Both the position numbers and the translations under genes were made by a program. DNA of 64,000 nt from Felis catus (lineage: Eukaryota), in NCBI RefSeq assembly GCF_018350175.1, contig NC_058383.1, forward strand, positions 10,168,001 to 10,232,000, given 5' to 3'. Positions 1 to 12,863 of the stretch are shown here, piece by piece (the first letter of the stretch is position 1; each line of letters opens with the position of its first letter). The notes below the pieces were generated by a model. That model was not told where the DNA came from. It did not search any database and was given only the letters and a program-made list of their open reading frames with translations.

Positions 1-385
1 GTGGGGAAGGGGCAGAAAGAGAGAGAGGGAGACCAGAATCCGAAGCAGGCTCCAGGCTCTGAGCTGTCAACACAGAGCCCAATACGGGGCTGGAACTCAT
101 GGACCACGAGGTCATGACCTGAGCCGAAGTCGGACACTTAACTGACTGAGCCACCCAGGCACTCTGATTTTAAAGTTTTTGAAAAGAGAGCCACCTGAGC
201 GGCTCAGTCAATAGGGTGTCCAACTTTGGCTCAGGTCATGATCTCAAGGTTCATCAGTTCAAGCCCCACATTGGGCTTGCTGCTGTCAGCGCAGATCTAC
301 TGTCTCCCTCTCTCTCTGTCTACCCCTTCCCCTCCCCTGCTCACGTTCTCTCTCTCTCTCTCAAAAATTGATATTAAAAAAAAGC
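1..385. mobile_element. Two Can-SINEs head-to-head (1-162 minus, ~190-385 plus)
   Basis: tRNA-derived head (ggctcagtcgg/ttaag), CT-rich tract, A tail. Confidence 0.85.
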
Positions 386-411
386 TTTTGAAAAGAGAAA
401 CCAAGTTTGCG

Positions 412-454
<43 letters not shown>

Positions 455-2579
455 AGCCACTCCACCCTGAGTCACCTTGGATGCTCTTACCCGAAGCCTC
501 CCTCAGCTGGAGGTGAATTGGGCATTTAGGTGGGGGGAGGAGGGAGGTGGCACATCAGGCCAGAAGAGGATTTGGGGGCATCATTGAGTGAGTTGAAGAA
601 GCAGGGGATGCAGGGGTGGACAAGAATGAGAAAGAGGAGTCTTAGCTGTGTCTCTAACTGGCAGCAAAACGGGAAGACAGTTTCCCCTGTTGGAGTCTCA
701 GTTTCTGCATCTGTGAAATGGGGGACCAAATCATGAAGGAAAAGTCGATAAATGTGACTACATTAAAGTGAGCAAGTTGGACCAGATTCGTTTTCACATC
801 AGAAGCACCCAAGTGTTCTACCAAAAAATATAGGTCTCAACCCAAAGGCAGTGAAAAAAGTCACTTCCCTTTGCAAGAAGCACGTCTCACGTTTCTAGAC
901 TTTCTGCTTCTATATTTATATTTAGGAATACGATAAGTGTATTGTTTATACATTTTTAAATTATGAAAATACCAAATAAAAATACATTCTATGTCGACTG
1001 CCCCTGGTCCCACTGAGAAGCCCTGCTCTTTGTGCTCTGAGATTGTGAGAAGGGAGGAGGAAAGGCAGGGGAGGAAGAACACCAGAGTAGAGATGGAGTG
1101 AGCACCCAGCTACTTCCCCTTATCTATTCAACTGTATCTATCTGCANNNNNNNNNNNNNNNNNNNNNNNNNNNNNNNNNNNNNNNNNNNNNNNNNNNNNN
1201 NNNNNNNNNNNNNNNNNNNNNNNNNNNNNNNNNNNNNNNNNNNNNNNNNNNNNNNNNNNNNNNNNNNNNNNNNNNNNNNNNNNNNNNNNNNNNNNNATCT
1301 GTCCATTCATCACCTCTCAACCCATCCATTCATCTCTTCTTGCATCCATCTATTTATCCATTCATGTCTTCCCAATCTGTCCATCTGTCCATTTTCCTTC
1401 CATTTATACATCTACCTAACCTTCCATCTCTTCATCCCTTTCTCCACCCAAATACCCCTTCAGCTGCCCATCCAGCACACGTATTAACTGCCTCCTTGTA
1501 TCAGGCCCTTAGTTAAGCCCGGGTAGTGGGGCGTGGGGAGGGCAGAGATTTGAACCCAAGGCTGATACCGTGCCTGGCAGCTTGCAATGGGTTCCTGCCC
1601 CAGGCTGGGCTGCGCTGGGGTGTGGGGTGTGGAGAGCCCAGGAGAGGAAAACAAGCAACTGGAGAAAGACCAGCAGACACGGTGGGAGCTAGGATCCAGA
1701 GCCTGTCCCAGACTGAGGAAGGACAGGAAAAGGAGGAGAGTGGCTCGGAAGGTCAGCCTGGGCTTCCCCAGATGGTCCTAGAAAAACCAGCCCAGGCCCC
1801 TGGGATCTGGGGGAACATGCAGTGAGGCTAGTTTCAGGCCCAGCCCACTTCAATACCTCTCCGTCTTCTTCCCTCCTCTTCTTCTGTGCCCCCTTTCTTC
1901 CCATCATCCAACTTCCCAAGGCCAGGGCCTTGGTCCATCCATCTGTAATTCCAAAGCCTGCCCAAAGTTTAGCCAACAAAACCACCAGTCTCTGCCTGGC
2001 CATTGGCAGGAACCACAGAACTTTCAGAATCTTCTCTTGTCCCTTGAGGAACCTAGATGAACAGGGCTTATGATTACTTGTCATCTATGAGCGAACAGGC
2101 TCAGAGAAGTTAACTTACTTGCTTGAGGTCACAGAGCAAGTAATCTAAGGCTCTAATTCCTCACCCTGTACTTTTTTTACTAGCATGGTTAAAATAGTAG
2201 TGAGGAGAGGGGAGCCGTTTCCATAGGGCCCTGGGGTGCAGCCCATGGTGGGGCTGGGGGTGTGGGTAGGTGGTGTGCAGGGATAGCTGGGAAGGAGGAA
2301 AACAGTGGCATCACCAGTGGGGTTATCTATCTGGAAACTTCCCCCTCTCCAACACTTTGGCTGCTTCGTGGGCAGTCTTAAAACCCCATCCCAGGCCAGG
2401 AAGAGGCAGAAATGATGTGGGTGGGGCAAAACATCTTTTCTCTACTCTGCTGTAAACAGGTAACATGGGATTATATTTTTGGATGACCATTTGGCAAAAT
2501 CTGTTACACCAAAAGCATTTATACTCTTTGGCTCATCAAGTTCAACTACAGAAATCTATCCTATAAAAATGTTTCCCTG

Positions 2580-3170
2580 GGGCACCTGGCTGGCTCAGTC
2601 GGTGGAGCATGTGACTCTTGATCTTGAGGTTGTGAATTCAGGCCCCACATTACTTAAAATAAAGATTACTTGGGGTGCCTGGGTGGCGCAGTCGGTTAAG
2701 CGTCCGACTTCAGCCAGGTCACGATCTCGCGGTCCGTGAGTTTGAGCCCCGCCTCGGGCTCTGAGCTGATGGGTCAGAGCCTGGAGCCTGTTTCCGATTC
2801 TGTCTCCCTCTCTCTCTGCCCCTCCCCCATTCATGCTCTGTCTCTCTCTGTCCCAAAAATAAATAAACGTTGAAAAAAAATTTTAAAAAAATAAATAAAG
2901 ATTACTTAAAAATAAAACCTTTAAAAAAATAAAAATAAAACTTTAAAACTCAAAGTAAAAATTGGGGCTCCTGGGTGGCTCAGTCAGTTAAGCATCCAGC
3001 TTTGGCTCAGGTCATGATCTCATGGTTTGCGAGTTCGAGCCCCACATCAGGCTGTCTGCTGTCAGCACAGAGCCCTCTTTGGATCCTCTGACCCCCTCTC
3101 TCTGCCCCTCCCCATCTGGTGCTCTCTCTCTCTGTCTCTCAAAAGTAAACATTTGAAAAAATAAAAATAA
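2580..3170 (+). mobile_element. Can-SINE cluster; young SINEC_Fc (2671-~2890) inserted in the tail of an older partial SINE, TSD aaataaagattactt; third SINE 2962-3170
   Basis: SINE heads ggggtgcctgggtggc; TSD at ~2657-2671 and ~2893-2907. Confidence 0.85.
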
Positions 3171-4212
3171 AAATGTGTCCCTAATGTACAAAGATGTACA
3201 AGGATGTTCCTCACAGCACTGTTTATAATTATGACAAACAGGAGAATGTTTGAATAAATTTTGACAGATCTCTACAGTGGAAAACCATGTAGCTGTTAAC
3301 AACTTTGTCTATAAAATGGGGATAAACAGGGTACCCACCTCTCACAGTTTTTATGAGGATTAAGTGAATCAATACCTTCAAAGTGCTCAGGTGGTAAAGA
3401 CGTGCTATCATTATCATAAGTGTAGAAATAGTAAAAGGTAGCTAAGGTGCAATGCTGATGTTAGAAGAAAGTTGCAAAAACAATGTGTGAAGTGTGATCT
3501 CACTCAAGTAGAAATAAATAATGGTGAACATTCATATATGGAAAGAGAAAAGTCTGGACACACAGCCAACAAACTATGGCATTATGATGGTCTTTATGGG
3601 ATATGGGAAACAGACATTCATTCACTTGTAAATTTCCGTAAATGCTAAAATTGTATAAGGCCTGTATATTACTTTTGAAACCAGAAAAAAAATCCTTCAG
3701 TAGAGTAAAGAAAATAAGAGGAGATAGGGCAGTAGATGATGGCTGCTTTCTTCTTGAGGACCCCAAAGTCCACAGATCAAAGATGTCCAAACAAAGAAAA
3801 GGGTCCCTGATTGGCTGACCAGACCCTGGGGAAGGGAAAGGTTCAGCCTTCTGCCCCATCGTGTCTGAACGCTCCTTCTCAATCCACAGAGCCCAAGGGC
3901 GCCATGGGGGACATTTTCTCTTTAGGGCACAGAGCCCAGTAGGTTGGCTCATCAGGTACCTGTGAGTCATCTCAGGCAAACCATTTACCCTCTCTGGGAT
4001 TCAGCTGCCCTCCCTGTAGCACGGGAAGCAGTGTAGCCTGTAGGTAGGTTGTGACCAGCCAGGGTGGAGAATGTGCTATACGGTAGTGCAGTGTCACAGC
4101 AGTGGAGGGATGGGGGGTCAGCCAGGAGATGAGGTTTTGCCAAGAAGAGCCATCCTACCAAGAGTCTGTCAGTTTGCAAAAATGTCACTGGCCACCATTT
4201 ACCAGTAGACAA

Positions 4213-4980
4213 TTTTTACTCGTGACACCTCTGACACCAAATGCATGATGTCTTTTCCAACACCACTTCTCCAATTCCCTGACACTGGCTGAGAGTCCTA
4301 CAATTCAGTTCCCTTCTGACACTATCTCCCAGGAGTTAGCATCCAACCCCACAAGTTAAGGGGTCAGTCCCGTTAAGACTGTCTCCATTTCAGATACCAA
4401 CCACAAGTCTGGGTTAACACTTGTACTTCTGACCGACCAGCTATAAATCAGGGGAATCTCAGCACGCCTTGTTCAGGTTTTTCCAATTTGCTAGAAAGGC
4501 TCACAGAACTCAGGAAAGCACTTTGCTTACATTTACCATTTTATCATAAAGGATACAACCCAGGAAAGCCAAATGTGGAAGACAGGCACGGGGCAAGGTA
4601 TGGAGGGCAGGGGGCACATGGGGTTTCCATGCCCTCTCCAGGTGCACCACCCTCCCAGCACCTCGATGTGTTCACCAACCCCTTCGTTGAGGAGTTTTTA
4701 ATGGAAATTCATTAGGCAGGCATGATTTTGGTGATTGGCGAGTGAACTCAGTCTCCAGCCCCATTCCCCTCCTGAGAGATGGGGGGGTGGGGCTGAAAGT
4801 TCCAACTCTCTAATCCCACCTTGATCTCCCTGGTGACCAACTTCCATCCTGAAACTATTAGGGGCCACCAGCCACCAGGCATCTCATTAGCATACAAAAG
4901 ACACTCATCGCTCTGGAGATTCCAAGGGTTTTAGGAGCTGTGTGCCAGAAACACAGGAGAAGGACTAAACATACACTGCT
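4213..4980 (-). mobile_element. MER21-like ERV LTR
   Basis: Motifs tctgacaccaa..gtcctacaattcagttcccttctgacact..gacactcatcgctctggagattccaagggttttaggagc, typical of MER21 (by eye). Confidence 0.65.
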
Positions 4981-5636
4981 CAGGACTCACATCTGCTACT
5001 TGGAAGTTTGGCACATCCGAATTGGAATAAGACGTAGAAATCAGCAAGGGCAACGGGCTCATGTGACTTGGAGGGGCTCCTTTGGAGCAGCGGCTTGCGT
5101 CAGGCTACCTGGTGCATGTCACATTAGTGACCGAGCCAGGTCTCCTGCCTCCCAGCTCCGACCCCTCCACACTGAACTTCTAGAGTTCCAGAAGAAGTAG
5201 AACAGGTAACACTGTGTTAGTCTACCCATTCTACAGATGAGAAAACAGAGGGCTGGAGAGCAGGTGCACCTTGCAGTACAGTCTCCTCCTTTGTACCTGT
5301 GGCATTTCTGGCCACCCCAGTGTGCCAGGGTGGGTCTGTGCCTCGTTGTTCAGAGTCAGCTCCAAGAGAGTAGAATGGGGAGTGCCTTGGAGGGGAGGGG
5401 ATTATCATCAAGGCTAGAGCCCCCCTGGTCCCACAGACCCCTCAGCATCCAGGTCAGATGATGCCCCTGCCATCCAGGGCTCCCTGGCACAGAGGCATGG
5501 GGGCAGGGTGTGGACTGTGGTGCTCAAATTTGCCCCTGTGTGTGACCCTGGGCTCCTCTCTGAGGGTGCTCCATACAAGGAAAGAGTGGTATCATGGGCT
5601 TTGAGCACTGGTTTCTCACTTTAAAATGGGTGTGAA

Positions 5637-5845
5637 GGGGGCGCCTGGGTAGCTCAGTTGGTTAAGTGTCCGACTCTCGATCTTGGCTTAGGTAAAGATC
5701 TTACAGGTTCATGAGTTTGAGCCCTACATAGGACTCTGCCCTGATAGCACAGAGCTTGCTTGGGATTCTCTCTCCCTTTCTCTGTGCCCCTCCTCCACTC
5801 ACGCTCTCTGTCTCTCGATCTCAAAAACAAGTAAATAAACATTTA
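5637..5845 (+). mobile_element. Can-SINE
   Basis: ggggcgcctgggtagctcagttggttaag head; TSD-like tttaaaatgggtgtg on both sides. Confidence 0.85.
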
Positions 5846-8799
5846 AAATGGGTGTGGGAAATTGATGTTAAATTCACCTTACGGGGTTGTTGGCAGAATC
5901 AAATGAGTATGTAAGAGCCAGTGGTAGGCACACGAGTGTGAATTTCCTTTCTCCTTCCCTCTTTTCCTCTCCCACCCCTGTCCTTCCTTTTTTCTTTCCT
6001 TCCTAACCAATACCTCTGAGTACGGTGTTAGAGAAAGAACCAGATGCTATGGGACAGGCCATGGGGGGACAGCCTCCACCAGGGGACTTGAGGATGGAAA
6101 ACGGCTTCTCAAACCAGCCGTGGGAAGGGACAGTCAGGGTCTGCCCTGCCCAGAATCCCCGGGCCTCCCACTGCTAAGGAGCTCAGGGAGTCACATGGGC
6201 CCCATGAGGGCGTCGGGTCCCTGGACTGACACAGAAAGGGGTCCTAGGGAGGCATACCTCTCATCCAGAGTCACGTGGCTGATGGGGCTGTGTGGGACAA
6301 GAGCTGACGTGACTCCCAGAGCTACCCAGCACTAGGGAGACCTGGGGTTTCTGGTCAGGATGGAGCAGACTGTCACAGGCCGGCTTACATGCCAGCCAGC
6401 CTGCCCCCACATCTCGGGGCCAGCTGGAGGGATGCGTCACCTATTTATCAGTGCCAGACCCTGCCCTGGGAATGTTTGGTTTCCTCCTGCCCTGTTGGGG
6501 ACCCCCTACACAAGATCAGCTTAGCCCACCTCTAAGAGAAAAGGCAAATGTGAGCTGCCTTGCTCCTGAAGCTCAAGGGCAGGAAAGTCCAGCGGGGAGG
6601 TGGGGAGTGGGGTGCAGACCATGTGGACACCCACGACCATCCACGAGTACACCCCCTGATGTGTGCTGCTCCCCGGATGCAACACACACGCTTGCCCACA
6701 GCTGCTCTCGACGGTGTCGGCATCAGTGTCAACGGATGCACGGGGTGAGGCCCAGAAGGTGACAGGGGACGAGGCAGAGGTAACAGTGGGAGCAGAAATC
6801 AGGGCTTTGGAATCAGGGTGGCTTGTTTTGAAGCCCAGCCCCGTCATTTCCAGGCTGTGTGACCTTGAGCCGGTGCTTTGACTTCTCTGTTTCCTCATCT
6901 ATAAAGTGGGCACGATACCCTTTCCCTCTCAGGTTATCAGGAAGAAGGAAACAGTGACAGAAAATCCCTGCACGGTGCCTGGCACGTAGTAGGTGTCCAG
7001 CAAATTTCAGTCCCTCCTTCCCCCTTCCGAGCGACCCTGGGCCTGAGGGAGCCCCCCTTTCCTTCCTCCCCTGCCTCACATCTGAGCCCAAACCCCTTTG
7101 TCAGCCCTGAACAGGGAGTGAGAATTGTGCTGATGAAGGCCTCTCTCAGCCCAGTCTCCACCTGCCTTTGCCCCTCACAGAGCCAGCAGCAGAGTCAAGG
7201 GCAGCCTCAGAGGGAGGCTCCAGGTACGGCTTCTGCCCAAAGGGAAGAAGTGGGCTCTGGGGCAGGGTAGTCCCCAGGAGCCTCAAGAGCACAGCCCCTC
7301 TCCCTCCGTCCCACCCTGCAGTTCCTCAAAGCCCATTGCGCCCTCTACCTCAGTTTACAAACATCACCTCCACCAGTGCTACTCACACACAGGCCGGACG
7401 ATTTCGTTGACAACATTCCAAGAACCCAGGTGCGTCCCTGGCCCTGGCCCCCTCACCTGGGCCCAGGTTGAGTCCTGATCCCACCCTGAGCCCTGAGCGC
7501 GATTCCAAACTGAGCCCTGGCCTGGGGTAGATCGTGTCCTTCCTGGGTGCAACCAGAGGGATGGCCCTCTCAAGAGAGGGAGGATCCTGGTTGCCACAGC
7601 ACAGAGCTCCTCAGTGGGAATCTTCCCCCTCCTCCAGGAGCTAGCCCTGCCCTGGGGCTAAGGAGCTGAGCCTCCCTGCCCATGTTCCCAGGCCTGAGAT
7701 CCCCAGGCCCCAGTTGTCCTCCCCCTGGATCCGCCGGTCTGGGCAGGAGATGGGCAGGCCACATGCAGAGAACAGAAAGAAACTCACCTGGACAAGATGG
7801 AGGCCTGGGCCAGGTCCCTGGCCCCACCCAACACCTGATCCAGCTGACCCTGGGACATCATCCTCCTTGTGAAGGACCACAAGGACCTTGCTTGGAGTGG
7901 GGCTCCCTGTCCTCCAAAGCATCCTGGTGTCCCATTTAATCCTGTCCCTATCTCCCCTCCAGTGTCCCAGGAACAAGCCTCCCCATGTCACAGAGGGAGG
8001 ATCTGAAGCCAGGCCCAGAGAAAGGAAGTAATGGGCCCAACGTCACACAGCCAGACACAGACAAGAACTCAGAGCTCCTAAACCCAACCCAGGCCTGACC
8101 CTGGCTTCTTTGCCCACCAGGGTGACCTCAGCAGACACGGAGGTGGGGGTAGGGTGGCTGGGAGGCCGAAGGGAGCCCTGGCCTTCCTGGGCCAGACCAG
8201 AAGGAGTGCCCTTTGCCATTTCCCTAGCCCCTACCTGTTGGCTAGAAGTCTGGTGGCCATGAATCCACGTGGCTTCCCTGCCCCACGGTAACATCTGGCT
8301 TCTCCCTGCCCAGCCAGGGGGAGCTCTGAGTCCTTGCTGCTGTGATCCTAGGGCCCATCTGGAACCGGCCTCTCTCCTGGCACCCACACCTGTCTTGGGC
8401 AGAGGGTGTAACAGAGAAGGCCCTCCCTCCTGCCTCCCCGGCCCCACAGTCACCTCTGTGGAGAGTCCCCAGAGCACCGTTCAATCCTTCCCCAGCTGGT
8501 GGGAGCCCAGGAGGCGGTGGGAACCCGTGTGCACTTCACCCTCTGCTCCTGGAAGAACAGGCAGGATGAATTCTCAGATTCTCGATCCTAAGCCCTCTCT
8601 GGGGTCTGAGCTTGCCTCCTTCTCCCGGCAGCTGAGCCAGGGCAAGTACACAAGAGTATTGACCCCACCAGCCCAGCAGAGCTGAACCGGTGGCCCTCCC
8701 CCATTGAGCAGGTGCGGGACTGAGGTCCAGCCTAGGGGAGGATCTGACTCCCCTTGGGCTATGCACCTGCACCCACCTGATCACCTCCACACCCCTCAC

Positions 8800-8965
8800 C
8801 TGGATTCCGAGGGATCTGCGGGTAGGGTGGGCCACGCCCGCAGGGTCTCCTCCTCGGCGGGCGGGCGCGTCTGGGGAGCAGGAGCCTTAGGGGCGCACGC
8901 AGGATGCTCCTGGGCCGCCGCCGACAGCAGCCGCCGCGTCTTCTCTGCGCCAGCGTCAGAGGGCT
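8800..8965 (-). other. MLXIPL: MLXIPL (ChREBP) non-coding alternative first exon 1b (ChREBP-beta isoform); 5' end approximate
   Basis: CpG-rich patch ~12 kb upstream of VPS37D, where synteny places the distal MLXIPL promoter. The minus strand reads CCGCAGATCCCTCGGAATCCAG|GTGAGG (consensus donor at 8800/8799), resembling human/mouse ChREBP-beta exon-1b sequence as I recall it. TATA-like CTAAAAG on minus at 8990-8996. Confidence 0.72.
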
Positions 8966-9100
8966 CTGTGCGCTACGCCCTGGGCCCGGCTTTTAGCAGC
9001 GGGTGTGGACGCGGGCACTGCTCGGCCCCCGCCCGTTCGGGGTGTCCTTTGCCCCTTGTTCCGGTGCCTCCTTCTCTCCTTAGCACGTGGGTGGCAGCCG
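8890..9100 (-). promoter_or_regulatory. MLXIPL: ChREBP-beta promoter motifs: ChoRE-like CACGCA-n5-CTCCTG (8896-8912), DR1/HNF4-type GGGGCAAAGGACA (minus, 9043-9055), E-box CACGTG (9084-9089)
   Basis: Motifs read directly. ChoRE consensus CAYGNG-n5-CNCRTG is matched with 2 mismatches. DR1 consensus is RGGNCA-A-AGGTCA. Confidence 0.6.
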
Positions 9101-9560
9101 CTCACCCGTCTGGCGGCCTGTGGCACAGCCATGGGCCTGGGCCACGGGCCCAGGCGCCTGCCAATCCCCGTCTGGCACCTACTCGTGCCCGCTCACCTTT
9201 AACCCCTCTCTCCCGGAGGGCTTGGTGCCAGGCTCCCAAACCGCTGGCTGGGTTTGAGAAGGAGGAGCCACAGGTATGGGACCATGGCCCAGGTGGACAG
9301 AGGCAGAGCCTGGGACGCTGCAGTCACCTCCCTGAGCCCCAGCCCCTCTGGGAACCTCATCCTGGCTCCTGAATTCCCTGTCTCTGTTGAGCTCCCATCT
9401 GGCTCACCGAACCCCCTTCATTCCCGCCCCTGGTTCTACTGGCCTTATCCTGAGTCCACTGGGCTTCTAAGCCCACTCACCCACTTCCTCACCTGGACCT
9501 CACCGAGCCCCCCCACCCCTTCCCTGGGCTCTCTTCTCCTCCCTGAGCAGCCCGCCCCCT

Positions 9561-9610
9561 ACTCTCTCTCTGTCTCTCTCTCTCTGTCTCTCTGTCTCTC
9601 TCTCTCTCTG

Positions 9611-9646
<36 letters not shown>
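9561..9646 (+). repeat. Compound microsatellite (TC/TG)n-(CA)n
   Basis: Direct reading. Confidence 0.95.
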
Positions 9647-9648
<2 letters not shown>

Positions 9649-11437
9649 CTCCACCCTCACGGAGCCCTTGGCCCTTCCAGAACGCCTATCCCCTCCTGAC
9701 CTCTCTCTCCTCCCTGTGCCTGTTTCCTCCTGTGTAAGATAGGAAGGAGGGCAAGGGGATGGCGATGGTCTTGGGCCTTCACATCAGAGAAAGGTAGAAG
9801 AAAGAAGTTCCTTGAAGGAATCCAATCCTGGAAGGCTTCCTGAAGGAGGAAGATGTTCATGGTTACTTTGAAGCTAAGAAAGAAAGGAGATGATTTTGAC
9901 AGCTTCTGTTGAGGGGCTACTCTCCTTTAATGGAAGCTGGGGAGGCATGGGCGGGGGGGGGAGCCTCCTTATTTAAGAAAGTCTCCTGAAGATCAACAGA
10001 AAGTATCTCCCTCTTCATATGAAAATTCTCTAGAACGAGGGCAGGGTTTCATTTCAACTCAACAAATCATTACCATTTCTGGCTAATGTTCGCTCAGCAT
10101 TGACTACTTACCAGGGTCCCGCCTACACCTCTTAAGCCCTTTATGTAGGTTAACTCATTGAATCCCTTCCATGGCCAGAAGGGGTGGGTGTCTTCTCCCG
10201 GTTTTACAGATGAGGGAACAGAGGTGCAGGGAGGTTCAGATCGGTGGTAGGTGGCAGAATTGGAGTCTGAGCCCAGGTGCCCCGACTCTGCACCTGCTGT
10301 GTAATAAATAGATCCTTTGCTGGAAAGAGGACATAAATGTTGTTCCTGCTCTCAGGGGACCCCTAAGGCTAACAGGTGGGGAATAGATGGGTCTTTAATA
10401 ACAGGTCAAGTTGGCATGAGGAAGGAATGCTGGGAAGGAAAAGGCTGATTCCGCCTTTGGAGGAGGGGGTGTGTTCTAGGTCAAGAAGGACGGGTCAGTT
10501 CTTCTACAGCTTTAGGAGAAGGCGTGTGGTGGGGGGGGAAAGGCATCCACGGTGGAGGGACACCTTGGCCAAAGGCAGGAGAGATGTGGAAATGCAGCAT
10601 AAGGTTGGGGGAATTGTCAGGCATCTGGCTCGACTGGAAAAGGGTCTCTGGGTCGAGTACGAGATTGGGGAAAAGAAAGAGGGAGAGAATCGTGGAGGAA
10701 CACAGATGTCACACAAAGAAATGAAGACCAGCTGAGAGAGAGCAGGGAGCCATGGAAGGATGGTGAGCAAAGGCAGAAGGTGGGGGGGCTTTACTGGGGC
10801 TGCAGCTAGAGGGAAGCACTGGGAGGGGGAGGAGACTGGAGGCTTCGTGGGGGTGGGTGCCTTAGCCCAGGGGTGGCGGGCCTGCCTGAGCTGGGCCCGA
10901 ACGTGTGACCGACCAGGGGAGGTGGATGGCGGACTCACCAGACTGAAGGGACAGCTTGTCACCGTGATTTCTGCGTGTGCTTCTCCAGAGGGCTTGGGCT
11001 CTCCTTCAACTCTGGATCCAGCCCCCTCCCGAGCAGGACCTGAAACAAAAGAGCATGTTTGTAAGTGTCGTCAGAATTACACCAAGAAGATCTGGGAACA
11101 GCTGGAAGATTTCCTGGTTTGAGCCTCGCTGGCCGGCAGGATGCCGACCCCCTAAACCAAATAAGGGGGTGCGGTGGAGACTGACCGGGCAGAATGGGAA
11201 GATACTGCTTTGAAAGGTCGCCAGGGGGTGACGTCCACTAGGCTGTTGTCTTCAGGATGGCAGGTCATGTCTGCGCCTCCCACGAGGCAGATGGGGATCT
11301 CTGAGGACACTGCCTGTTTCTTCAGGCTGTATTGCTGCGTCCTGTGGGCCTTATCCTGAGCCGGTGGGAGCATCATCAAAATGCAGGAAGGCGTCCTGTG
11401 CAGCCCTAAGAAGAGATGGCTGAAGTCAGAGCCTTCA

Positions 11438-11690
11438 CTTTCTTTCTCTTCTTTCTTTTAATGTTCAACTATTTATTTAAAATTTTTTTAATGTTTAACT
11501 TTTGAGAGAGAGGGAGAGACAGAGCGTGAGCAGGGGAGGGGCAGAGAGAGAGGGAGACACAGAATCCGAAGCAGGCTCCAGGCTCTGAGCTGTCAGCACA
11601 GAGCCTGAAGCGGGGCTCGAACTCACAGACCGCAAGATCATGACCTGAGCCGAAGTTGGACACTCAGCCAACCGAGCCACCCAGGCGCCC
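11438..11690 (-). mobile_element. SINEC_Fc with TSD cagagccttca
   Basis: TSD at 11427-11437 and 11691-11701. Confidence 0.88.
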
Positions 11691-11779
11691 CAGAGCCTTC
11701 ATGTTCAAAACACCTACAAATAGTATATTGTCTAGATGCACGTGTGTATACAAAAAGTATTTTTTAGCAAAGCGAAGGG

Positions 11780-12831
11780 ACTACCGCTTGTTAGAATGGG
11801 TAAAGTGGAAAAGGCTGAGCTTATAAAGCGTTGGTAAGGATGTGGATCAAGTAAGCCTCACACACTGCTGGTGGGGATGATGAAACAGTTTGGAAGACTG
11901 GGGTTTTCTTAAAATGTTAAATGGGTGCCTCCTATCTGACCCGGCCACATCACTCCCAGGTATTTAGATAAGAGAAATAAAGGAATAGGTCCATACACAG
12001 ACTTGTACACAAATGTTCATAGCAGCTTTGCTTGTAAAAGTCTCACACTGGAAACAGCCCACATGTCCATCAACAGATGGATAAACAAATTATGATATAT
12101 CCACATGGTGAAATACCATCCTGCAATAAGAAGGAACAAACTGCGACAGATAAATGCAACAGAGTGGATGAATATCAAAATAGCTATTATGAGTGAAAGA
12201 AGCCACACACCAAAAAAAAAAAAAAAATAGCATACACCGTACGATGCCATTTATATAAAATTCTGGAAAATGGGGACTAATCAGTAGTGTCAGGGATCTG
12301 GTCAGTAACCAGATCAGGGGTTATCTGGCTGAGGGGTAGGGGAGAGGCTGGAGGGAGAAATCACAGAAGAGCATAAATGATCTTTTAGGGGGGTTGGATG
12401 TGTTCATTGCCGTGATTTCTTTTAAGTTTATTTTTGAGAGAGAGAGACCACAAACGGAGGAGAGGGGTAGAGAGAAAGAGAAAGAGAATCTCAAGCAGGG
12501 TCCATGTTCAGCGCAGAGCCTGACTCAAGGCTCAATCCCACGTCCATGGGATCACGACCTGAGCTGAAATCAAGAGTTGGACGCTCAATCGACTGAGCCA
12601 CCCAGGCGCCCCCATTGCTTTGATTTTGAGGATAGTTTCACAAGCCAAAACTCATCAAATTGTACACTTTAAAATACGTGCAGCTTGGGGTGCCTGGGTG
12701 GCTGAGTTGGTTAAGCGTCCAACTTTGGCTCAGGTCATGATCTTGCATTTCTGGAGTTCAAGCCCTGCATTGGGCTCCTCTCTGACAGTGTGGAGCCTGC
12801 TTGGGCTTCTGTCTCTCCCTCTCTCTGCTCT

Positions 12832-12863
<32 letters not shown>

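Noticed and set aside
226-516. Recurrent ORFs like [17 protein letters not shown]... throughout the window
   Set aside because: Translations of Can-SINE bodies, not a gene family.
1100-1490. (TCCA/TCTA)n-like low-complexity tract with gap
   Set aside because: Degenerate simple repeat, probably from an old LINE2 tail; the ORFs over it are N-artefacts.
8704-9372. 222-aa plus-strand ORF over the orphan CpG patch
   Set aside because: Non-ATG start and no recognisable domain; better explained as the minus-strand MLXIPL exon-1b promoter.
11240-11300. CACGAG-containing possible distal ChoRE upstream of ChREBP-beta
   Set aside because: The second half-site at 5-nt spacing matches poorly; cannot be supported without ChIP or conservation data.
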